Assembly: GCA_040830765.1 (NCBI GenBank)
Contig: JBFOMH010000026.1
Coordinates: forward strand, 56,386 to 120,385
Direction: 5' to 3'
Source: Puniceicoccaceae bacterium
GTDB lineage: Bacteria; Verrucomicrobiota; Verrucomicrobiia; Opitutales; Oceanipulchritudinaceae
DNA length: 64,000 bases
Numbering within the stretch: position 1 is the stretch's first letter; each line of letters begins with the position of its first letter. The notes under the pieces were generated by a model. It did no database searches. It saw only the letters and a program-made list of their open reading frames with translations, and had not been told where the DNA came from. Positions 56,188 to 64,000 of the stretch are shown piece after piece. The position numbers and the translations under genes are program-made.

Positions 56188-59100
56188 ATGAAGAAGATAT
56201 ATGCTATCCAACTCATACCGAAATCGATTGGCCGTTTTGCGCTGGGCGCATTGCTACTCGCCTGTCCGGTTTCGCTTTTAGCCCAAGAAACTAATACCGA
56301 CGACGAAGAGGTCTACGAACTCTCTCCATTTGAAGTTTCCACTTCTGAAAACATTGGCTACCTGGCCAATGATACCCTTGCCGGTACCCGCATCAACAGC
56401 CAATTGCAGGACATCGCGAATTCGGTGCAGGTTGTCACTGCGGAATTCATTGAAGATGTCGGTGCTACGGACATCAATGAATTGCTTATCTACACGACCA
56501 GCACGGAGGCAGCTGGCGTGAATGGAAACGCCAGTTTCGGTGAACTCAACAGTGGAACCGAGCGTGGTGAACGCGCTCGCCGGGAGCCGCAGCTGAATAC
56601 GCGTGTTCGCGGTCTGGCGGTGGCCGACCTGGCTCGTGATTACTTCATCAGTGATGTGGCCTTTGACTCATATAATTCCAGTGAAATCACCATCAATCGG
56701 GGCCCCAACGCCTCTTTGTTCGGACTCGGAAGCCCGGGTGGGATTATCAATCAGGCGATTGACCGTGCTGAAACCAACCGGACCTTTGGCGAGGTCAATT
56801 TCAAGATTGACGAGTTTGATGCATGGCGTGCCTCGCTCAACTACAACCAGGTTGTTATCGAGGATGAATTGGCGGTTCGGGTAGCCTACCTGGATTCCAA
56901 TAAGCGTTACGAACAGCAGAATGCAAAGTATGACGAAGAGCGCTACTTTGCCGCGGCGACCTGGCGGCCGATGAAGAACATGGCCATCCGGGCGAACTAT
57001 GAAAAGGGTGAGGGATTCGGCAATCGTCCCAAGCTACGTCCCCCGACTGACCGGATCACGCCTTGGATTGAAAACGGTAAACCCGGTTACAATCCGGTGA
57101 CCAACGAGTTCGTCATCAACGGGGAAGTGGTAACAGATCCGGCGTATATAGCACAATTGAACAGTGCTTCCCCGGTATTCGCCACCATTGGTCATAACGG
57201 CAACCCGATGATGATTTATGACGATCCCAACAGCCCCATTCCGGGTAATAACGGGTACCCCGTCTTGCAGGTTGGATTGAACCGGAATGCGGCCGGTCGC
57301 ACCGATGATTCGGCATTCCCGCGGAGTCTGGGAAATATTCGGTCCCGGATGTTTGCTTCCCCAAGACAGTTGTTTGCCCGGAATCCCGATTATATTGTTG
57401 GGGCGCGCCCCGATATTCCGGCACACCATCGCAGCTTCTACTCGGATGTTCAAATTACCGACCTGGACATTATAAATATCCGGAAAAACAACCTCACGGG
57501 TCCCGGCGCTGATTACCACAAACAGGATTTCGAAATCTGGAGTATTCGGGCTGAAAAAACCTTTTTGGACAATGATCTGGGCTTTGAAGTGGCCTATCAA
57601 AAGCAATATTGGGATGCTGACCTTGCTGAAGCACAAACCGCTTCCAGTGCCAGTAACATCAGTGTTGATATTAATACACACCTGTTGGACGGATCTCCGA
57701 ATCCGAACTTCGGCCGGCCCTTCATTGGGGGTCGTGGCTATGCCCAGTACAGGATTCGTAAACGGGAAGCAGCCCAGGCCATTGGCTTTTACAAGTATGA
57801 TTTTGCCGACAAGCATGATGGCTGGTTAAGCAAATTGGGACGCCACGCCCTGACGGCCGTTTATCAGTCCCAGGAGAACGAAGAGACAGCTCCCAATCGG
57901 CAGAACGCCCGGGCGACCCCTGCGTGGTATTCTTCCATCGCCTTAGGCGGACCGGGAACGGAACAGGCAGAAGAGTGGACCGCCAGCCCACGGTGGCGCG
58001 GTAACGGCCGGGTGGGGCTCGTCCAATACCTCGGCCCATCGATGGTTGATGTGGACTCAATCGAGAACGCCGGTATTCAGGGAGTGACCGCCAGACAAGT
58101 CATCCAGGGAACCGACAACGCATTGAGATGGAATCCCTATAATGGTCAATTTGAGCAAGGCTCAGTTGATTTCTACACCGCTCAGGAAAATCCGCTTGAA
58201 GTGTGGACATGGGGCAACCCCCTGAATGCGGACGAAATTGAATCCATTTCCTCGGTTCTGCAAAGTCATTTCCTGGATGGGCATGTCGTCACGACCGTTT
58301 CCTGGCGTAAAGATTCCGTTAAGACTTACAATGCGGCGGCTGAATCCGATCCAGCAACCCAGTTGACCGTCCCTGGACCCATCGAATATGGAGAACCTGA
58401 CTATGACGATAGCACAACCCAGACTACCTGGGGAGCAGTCGTCCATGTCCCGGATCGCTGGCTGCCCGATGGCATCGGCCTAAGCGCACACTATGTGGAT
58501 TCCTCCAATTTCGCTGCGGGGACCGCCGGTGTGGACATTTATAATCGTCCGGCACCCCTTCAAACGGGTGTCACTGAGGAATACGGCTTTTCGATTTCGG
58601 CCTTTGATGGTAAGTTGTATGCTCGGGCCAACTTTTTTGAATCCTCCCAACAGTGGGTCAAAATAACCGGTACGCTTCCCAACTTCTTCAACGACTTGAA
58701 GCGTGTGCTGGAAAACAATGAACAGAGTGCATTGGAGGCAGCCGGGTTCAATCCGTTCAACGATACCGTTATCGATTCGCGAATGCTCGAGGCGTCTAAT
58801 TTCAGGCCTGATGATGCGAGTCTTCCCTGGCACGAAACCATCTGGACTGCAGACAATATTGCCGGTACATCGACAAACTATTATCAAGACGTCGATACCG
58901 AAGGGAGTGAATTTGAAATCACCTATGCGCCGACGCCAAACTGGCGACTTGCCTTTAATGCGTCGCGGACGGAAGTCGTTGTCAGCAATGTGATGCGGAT
59001 CGCTGCTCCCGCCATGATCGACATCGCTAATCGAGTGATGCTCGATCCGGTTTTCGGGAACTTCTTTATCAACCCCGATCCCGTGCTAAATCCTGACACC

Positions 59101-59595
59101 GGAGAGTATGATAACGATGATCTCCTGCGCTCCCGTGCAGATAATCTGATTAATGCGGTTGCGCAGAAGAGAGCACCGGAAGGCGGACCCCTACAGGAAA
59201 TCCGCGAATGGCGCTGGAACCTGATTACCAATTACTCCTTCAGAGGTTCCAGATGGGATGACACCTTCTTGTCCGGATTTGCGGTGGGCGCTGCTGTTCG
59301 CTGGCAGGATAAAGTTGCGATCGGCTCGGATTTGAAGGACGTCGATGTAGGGGTCGCAGTGCCAGATTATGACAATCTCTACTACGGTCCCAGTGAAACC
59401 AACGTTGATGCCTGGATTACTTACAATACCGACATCATGTATGACATGAAGCTGCAAATTCAGCTGCGGGTCCGCAACCTCAACGCCGGAAGCGGCGAAT
59501 TCATTCCCATCAAGGCAAATCCGGACGGGGAAGTGGCGCTCTGGCGCATCGGAGCTCCAAGGTACTTTGAGTTGTCCGCCCGGTTGAGGTTCTAG
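56188..59595 (+). CDS. TonB-dependent receptor
   Basis: Signal peptide; VYELSPFEV...GYLANDTLAGTRI; INRGPNASLFGLGSPGGIIN; ends PRYFELSARLRF with terminal Phe. Confidence 0.92.
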   Translation: MKKIYAIQLIPKSIGRFALGALLLACPVSLLAQETNTDDEEVYELSPFEVSTSENIGYLANDTLAGTRINSQLQDIANSVQVVTAEFIEDVGATDINELLIYTTSTEAAGVNGNASFGELNSGTERGERARREPQLNTRVRGLAVADLARDYFISDVAFDSYNSSEITINRGPNASLFGLGSPGGIINQAIDRAETNRTFGEVNFKIDEFDAWRASLNYNQVVIEDELAVRVAYLDSNKRYEQQNAKYDEERYFAAATWRPMKNMAIRANYEKGEGFGNRPKLRPPTDRITPWIENGKPGYNPVTNEFVINGEVVTDPAYIAQLNSASPVFATIGHNGNPMMIYDDPNSPIPGNNGYPVLQVGLNRNAAGRTDDSAFPRSLGNIRSRMFASPRQLFARNPDYIVGARPDIPAHHRSFYSDVQITDLDIINIRKNNLTGPGADYHKQDFEIWSIRAEKTFLDNDLGFEVAYQKQYWDADLAEAQTASSASNISVDINTHLLDGSPNPNFGRPFIGGRGYAQYRIRKREAAQAIGFYKYDFADKHDGWLSKLGRHALTAVYQSQENEETAPNRQNARATPAWYSSIALGGPGTEQAEEWTASPRWRGNGRVGLVQYLGPSMVDVDSIENAGIQGVTARQVIQGTDNALRWNPYNGQFEQGSVDFYTAQENPLEVWTWGNPLNADEIESISSVLQSHFLDGHVVTTVSWRKDSVKTYNAAAESDPATQLTVPGPIEYGEPDYDDSTTQTTWGAVVHVPDRWLPDGIGLSAHYVDSSNFAAGTAGVDIYNRPAPLQTGVTEEYGFSISAFDGKLYARANFFESSQQWVKITGTLPNFFNDLKRVLENNEQSALEAAGFNPFNDTVIDSRMLEASNFRPDDASLPWHETIWTADNIAGTSTNYYQDVDTEGSEFEITYAPTPNWRLAFNASRTEVVVSNVMRIAAPAMIDIANRVMLDPVFGNFFINPDPVLNPDTGEYDNDDLLRSRADNLINAVAQKRAPEGGPLQEIREWRWNLITNYSFRGSRWDDTFLSGFAVGAAVRWQDKVAIGSDLKDVDVGVAVPDYDNLYYGPSETNVDAWITYNTDIMYDMKLQIQLRVRNLNAGSGEFIPIKANPDGEVALWRIGAPRYFELSARLRF

Positions 59596-59628
59596 GAAAC
59601 ATCTCTGATTCTTTTAGAGTTTACTATC

Positions 59629-59660
59629 GAGGCGGCCGGTGGATACCGGTCGCCTCTTTT
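59629..59660 (+). terminator. Stem-loop terminator/attenuator between the TBDR and the GH28-like gene
   Basis: GAGGCGGCCGGT-GGAT-ACCGGTCGCCTC-TTTT. Confidence 0.7.
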
Positions 59661-59695
59661 GTGGAATTTTTTTGCTCAATCCCTAAAATTGAAAA

Positions 59696-61081
59696 ATGAG
59701 TCAGTTGGATGTTATTGAATTCGGCGCTAAGGGAGACGGCGTCACCTTGGACACCTCGACTATCCAGGCAGCTATTGATTCGGTCCATGCACAGGGTGGG
59801 GGAACGGTCACCATTCCGGGAGGGAAAACCTTCCTCTGCAGCGGCATTGAGCTGAAAAGCAATGTCCATCTATATCTGGAGCCGGGAAGTGTCATTAGGG
59901 CTTCAATAACTGAAAGCGACTATGCCAAAAGCAGCTTCAACACGGTGATCGAAGCCACCAATGCGGACAACATCAGCATAACGGGCTTTGGCAGGATTGA
60001 GGGCTGTGGCTCGTCCTTCATCAAGGAGGATCTCGGCTACATCTATGATATAAAGCCATGGCGTCCGGGACTGGTGTTTCTCCTGGATTGCCGGCAGGTG
60101 ACCTTGAGGGATGTCTCGTTCCACGAGTCTCCCTGGTGGACTGTTCATCTGGTTGGCTGTCAGGATGTCCTCATTGATGGAATCCATATCAATAACGACT
60201 TGAAGATGCCGAATTGTGACGGGATCGATCCGGACCATTGCCAGAACGTCAGAATCAGCAATTGCCATATCCAATGCGCGGACGACTGTATTGTTTTCAA
60301 GAATACACATCAATACGCTGACAGGGGGCCCTGTCGTGACATTACCGTTACCGGATGCACACTGATGTGCACCGCAACGGCGATCAAGATTGGCAGTGAG
60401 AGCGTCTCTGACTTCGAGAATATATCGATCAGCAATTGCACCATCAAAAGCTCCAGCCGGGGATTTGGTATTCAACTGAGGGATCAGGGAAACGTCCGGA
60501 ATGTGATTTTCTCGGATTCGACCATCGAGACCCGTCTCTTTGACGCCCACTACTGGGGCAAGGCGGAGCCGGTCCACATTTCCGCCACCCGGCGCTTCAA
60601 ACCCGGTACCGAGAACTTGCCGGACTGGAACCGGGACAACCGCCTGGGAACCGTCCGTAATGTCCTTTTTTCCAATCTTCTGTGCAAATCCGAAAACGGG
60701 ATCGTTGTTGTCGGAGAGGTGGATGAGAACGAAGATTTAACGGTCCATACGGTGGTATTCAGGAATGTCATCCTGAACATCGACAAGTGGACAAAATGGC
60801 CGGGTGGAGAACTGGACCTTCGGCCGGTCGGACCGCTGATCTCGAGCGGTATCAAGGATGGCAAAACGGATCCCGGGGTGACCACACACCCATTCTCAGG
60901 CGTTTATCTGGAAAACGCTGCTCAGGTGACTCTCGATGCAGTCATGGTGGATTGGGCATCAGGTCTTCCTGACTATTACGAACATGCCCTCGAAGCAAGA
61001 AACGCCAAAGACCTCAGGATGGAAGGTTTTAGAGGCGAAGCGCCAAATCCACTCAAGCATGAGGCAATTGTGATTCACTAA
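59696..61081 (+). CDS. Glycoside hydrolase family 28-like beta-helix protein, no signal peptide
   Basis: FGAKGDG..LDT..IQAAID, SPWWTVH, NCDGIDPD, ADDCI, IKIGSE. Confidence 0.82.
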   Translation: MSQLDVIEFGAKGDGVTLDTSTIQAAIDSVHAQGGGTVTIPGGKTFLCSGIELKSNVHLYLEPGSVIRASITESDYAKSSFNTVIEATNADNISITGFGRIEGCGSSFIKEDLGYIYDIKPWRPGLVFLLDCRQVTLRDVSFHESPWWTVHLVGCQDVLIDGIHINNDLKMPNCDGIDPDHCQNVRISNCHIQCADDCIVFKNTHQYADRGPCRDITVTGCTLMCTATAIKIGSESVSDFENISISNCTIKSSSRGFGIQLRDQGNVRNVIFSDSTIETRLFDAHYWGKAEPVHISATRRFKPGTENLPDWNRDNRLGTVRNVLFSNLLCKSENGIVVVGEVDENEDLTVHTVVFRNVILNIDKWTKWPGGELDLRPVGPLISSGIKDGKTDPGVTTHPFSGVYLENAAQVTLDAVMVDWASGLPDYYEHALEARNAKDLRMEGFRGEAPNPLKHEAIVIH

Positions 61082-61130
61082 TTAAATTATGATCATTACA
61101 ATGGGGCGATATATGTATCAGGACTTATTT

Positions 61131-62603
61131 ATGCGGTATCGATTTTTTCTGAAAATCTTGTGCAGGTGCCTGATCCCGTTGGCCTTGGTCCCCCTTTGGC
61201 TGGTCGGATCCGAACAGCCAAATGTCATCATCATCATCAGCGATGACCAGGGCTGGGCGGATATCGGGTATAACAACCCCAAGGTGTACACGCCCAATCT
61301 GGATGCACTGGCAGCGACCGGGGCCACCTTTGGCAAGCATTATGTCACCCCCCAATGCACACCGACGCGTGTGGCCTTGTTGACCGGGCGTTTCCCCGGG
61401 AGGTTCGGTCCACAGGCCACCCAGGCGAATGTCACTCCGGCTTTTCCCCTCGGCACGCCCACGCTGGCCAGCATGTTCAAGGAAGCGGGTTATTCGACCT
61501 TCATGAGCGGGAAGTGGCACCTCGGGACCACCTTGGATCATAGACCCGGTTTTTTCGGTTTTGACAGCAGCTACGGGTCACTCACGGGCGGAATCGGCAT
61601 GTACGATCACCGCTATCGCAAGGGTAAGTATGAGCAATCCTGGTTTCGCGACGACGCTTTCATTCCAGGTTATGAAAACGGCACCCATGCCACCGATCTG
61701 GTCGCCCGGGAGGCAATCAGGGTCATCGAATTGGATCATCAGGAACCGTTTTTCCTTTATATTCCATTCCAGGCGCCCCATACGCCGCTGGACGAGCGGG
61801 GTCCGTTCATTAACCAACCGACCCAGCTGGATCCCGACAATGCGGGCCGCTGGAGGAATGAGGATGAAATCAAGTGGTTCAATGATCCGGAGGGGATTAT
61901 CCAAAGTGAACCGGATCCGGAGAAGCGCTTGTATCTGGCCGTGGTCCATCACATGGATGATGCCATTGGTCAGATTGTTGCGGCATTGGAGCGCACCGGA
62001 CAGCGGGAGAATACCCTGATCCTTTTCGCTTCGGACAACGGGCCACAGGTTAATTGGCCGGGCAATGTCTATCCTGATGACCTCAAACTGACAGACATTA
62101 ACCAACCCCTTCCCGTCAGGGGCATGAAAAAGGATGTCTGGGAGGGCGGCATCCATGTCCCCGCCTTTGCCAACTGGCCGGGCCGGATTCAGCAGAAACA
62201 GGTCGATGAGGTGCTCCACATTGTCGACTGGTTTCCCACCTTGGCGAACCTGATTGAATACGAGCCCGAAGAAGCTATTCCGTTCGACGGGGTGGATTTT
62301 TCACAACTCCTTTTTGACGAAGGAACCCTGCCGGACCGGGAACTCTACTGGACCTGGTACAATCCCTTCTACCCTTATTACGATCGCTTTGCCCTGCGCT
62401 ACGACGACTGGAAGATTGTTTATTATGGGGGAGGGGAGCCCACCAGCATCAGTGACTGGGAACTATATAACCTGAACGATGATCCGAAAGAGCAAATGGA
62501 TGAGGCATACCAATTTCCGGATATCCTTGCCGACATGCACGAGCGGTACCTTCGCCAGCGCGCAAAGGACAGGAAGACCTTCTATCAAAAGATTAACCCA
62601 TGA
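61131..62603 (+). CDS. S1 sulfatase (arylsulfatase B-like)
   Basis: PNVIIIISDDQG, CTPTR, GKWHLG, APHTP, SDNG; start uncertain (61089-61131). Confidence 0.9.
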   Translation: MRYRFFLKILCRCLIPLALVPLWLVGSEQPNVIIIISDDQGWADIGYNNPKVYTPNLDALAATGATFGKHYVTPQCTPTRVALLTGRFPGRFGPQATQANVTPAFPLGTPTLASMFKEAGYSTFMSGKWHLGTTLDHRPGFFGFDSSYGSLTGGIGMYDHRYRKGKYEQSWFRDDAFIPGYENGTHATDLVAREAIRVIELDHQEPFFLYIPFQAPHTPLDERGPFINQPTQLDPDNAGRWRNEDEIKWFNDPEGIIQSEPDPEKRLYLAVVHHMDDAIGQIVAALERTGQRENTLILFASDNGPQVNWPGNVYPDDLKLTDINQPLPVRGMKKDVWEGGIHVPAFANWPGRIQQKQVDEVLHIVDWFPTLANLIEYEPEEAIPFDGVDFSQLLFDEGTLPDRELYWTWYNPFYPYYDRFALRYDDWKIVYYGGGEPTSISDWELYNLNDDPKEQMDEAYQFPDILADMHERYLRQRAKDRKTFYQKINP

Positions 62604-64000
62604 AATACAAAATCCTGAGGCTCATTTCCTGTCTGGTATTCACTTCCGGGATTGCCATTTGCGCCGGGCAGCAAGCGCATGAGCGCCTGAATGTCGTCCT
62701 TATCACGGCCGACGACCTTGGCTTCCAGCTCGGTTGCTACGGAGACCCGAAAGCAATCACCCCACGTATCGACAAGTTTGCCGCCGGGGGTGCCCTTTTC
62801 ACCACGGCGCACATCACACAGTCCTCCTGCAGTGCGTCCCGGTCCAGCCTGTTGACCGGCTGGTATCCGCATGAATCCGGCCAGGTGGGACTCGCCAACA
62901 GGGGATACAGCACGGTTGGGGAGACCGAGAACCTTCCCGCGCTCCTCAAGGAGGTCGGCTACTACACGGGCATTATCGGCAAGCTGCATGTGTCCCCGCC
63001 GGAAATGTTTCCCTTCGACTACAGTGAAGTTGCCCATGCGCCCACGCGTACCCAATCCACATTCCGGGTCATGGTTGATGAATTCCTCGGTAATGTGGAA
63101 GACCGGCCGTTCTTCCTGATGCTCAACTTTTTTGATCCCCATGCTCCCTTCGAAGCCCAATCCGAGGGCCTGCCGGAAAATCCGGTCAAGCCCGAGGAGG
63201 TCGATCCATGGAGTTTCCAGGCAGGTGCGGACAGCCCGGAGATCCGCCGGAAGATAGCCGACTTCTATTCCTGCGTGCACCGGCTGGACTCGCTTATGGG
63301 TATCTTTCTCGACAAGCTGGACGAGCGCGGTCTGCGGGACAATACGATGATCCTTTTTATCAGTGACAACGGTCCTCCCTTCGCCCGCGCCAAAGCGGCT
63401 GAGTATAACCCCAGTACGCATATTCCCTTGCTCGTCCAATGGCCGGGAGTCACCCGCCCGGGCATGCAACGGGACCAGCTTGTCTCCGGGGTGGATGTTT
63501 TTGCCACCCTGCTCGATGCGGCCGGTGTGGCTGCTCCGGTTCGGAGCGTTGCCAAAAGCATCCAGCCCATCCTTCACCACGACAAGGCGTCCTGGCGGGA
63601 GACTGTGCTGACCACATTCACCGCCCACACCGCCGGGCATTACTATCCGCGCAGGAGCGTCACCGATGGCCGTTACCGGCTTATCTGGAACCTATTGGGC
63701 GGTTATGTGAACCCGCTCGCCACTATCGATTCCGACATTGTCGTCACAACCGTTCAGGAGGAGCGCTTTGACGGCACGTTGGTGCGGGAGATCTTTGAGC
63801 GTTATGCCCGACCTCCCGTCTACGAGCTTTACGATGTGGTCGCGGATCCGGATTGCCTCTACAATCTGGCCGGACAGGAGGATTTGAAGGAAACCTTCCT
63901 CTACCTGCGTTCGGAACTCGGTCGCTGGATGGTCCAGACCAACGATCCCCTCCTCGATCCCGCCATCCTTCAAAATTTCAAGAAGGAAGTCTACAGTATC
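62600..64000 (+). CDS. S1 sulfatase, N-sulfoglucosamine sulfohydrolase-like; runs off the right edge
   Basis: Absent from the ORF track. Manual translation gives MKYKILRLISCLVF...NVVLITADDLG...SCSASRSSLLTGWYPHESGQVGLA...GKLHV...DPHAP...ISDNG; ATGA overlap with the upstream sulfatase. Confidence 0.88.
   Translation, partial: MKYKILRLISCLVFTSGIAICAGQQAHERLNVVLITADDLGFQLGCYGDPKAITPRIDKFAAGGALFTTAHITQSSCSASRSSLLTGWYPHESGQVGLANRGYSTVGETENLPALLKEVGYYTGIIGKLHVSPPEMFPFDYSEVAHAPTRTQSTFRVMVDEFLGNVEDRPFFLMLNFFDPHAPFEAQSEGLPENPVKPEEVDPWSFQAGADSPEIRRKIADFYSCVHRLDSLMGIFLDKLDERGLRDNTMILFISDNGPPFARAKAAEYNPSTHIPLLVQWPGVTRPGMQRDQLVSGVDVFATLLDAAGVAAPVRSVAKSIQPILHHDKASWRETVLTTFTAHTAGHYYPRRSVTDGRYRLIWNLLGGYVNPLATIDSDIVVTTVQEERFDGTLVREIFERYARPPVYELYDVVADPDCLYNLAGQEDLKETFLYLRSELGRWMVQTNDPLLDPAILQNFKKEVYSI

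Noticed and set aside
62585..63640. 351-aa minus-strand ORF
   Set aside because: Antisense shadow of the sulfatase starting at 62600
1..64000. CRISPR arrays, tRNA/rRNA genes, transposases, integrases, defence systems, RiPP precursors
   Set aside because: No regularly spaced repeats or diagnostic motifs found by eye; almost all of the sequence is accounted for by the CDS listed

Overview
Gene-dense bacterial window of moderately high GC. Its TonB receptor style, LacI regulator, C/A-rich leaders and aromatic-rich surface modules suggest Verrucomicrobiota (Opitutales/Puniceicoccales-like); this is inference. Contents, left to right: (1) a lysine-catabolism operon (LysDH/saccharopine dehydrogenase-like, ALDH7/Pcd, and a YdcJ/HglS gene running off the left edge that the ORF track misses); (2) secreted/surface proteins: two beta-propeller-like hypotheticals, a PL1 pectate lyase, an FN3 protein, a four-repeat protein, a TonB-dependent receptor and a secreted protein with aromatic-rich tail repeats; (3) a five-gene oxidative operon led by a MocD-like di-iron membrane oxygenase; (4) a three-gene phosphorelay including a probable pseudokinase; (5) a rhamnogalacturonan/sulfated-glycan utilisation region (unknown cytoplasmic enzyme, RhaT, isomerase, PL26 lyase, LacI, SSS transporter, three sulfatases, TBDR, GH28-like) interrupted by a CRTAC1-YyaL-CRTAC1 block. 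A 13-bp palindrome, TCWKAC-N-GTMWGA, occurs seven times in intergenic DNA of this region and defines a candidate LacI regulon. No rRNA, tRNA, CRISPR array or mobile element was seen. All family calls come from motif recognition, not database searches.
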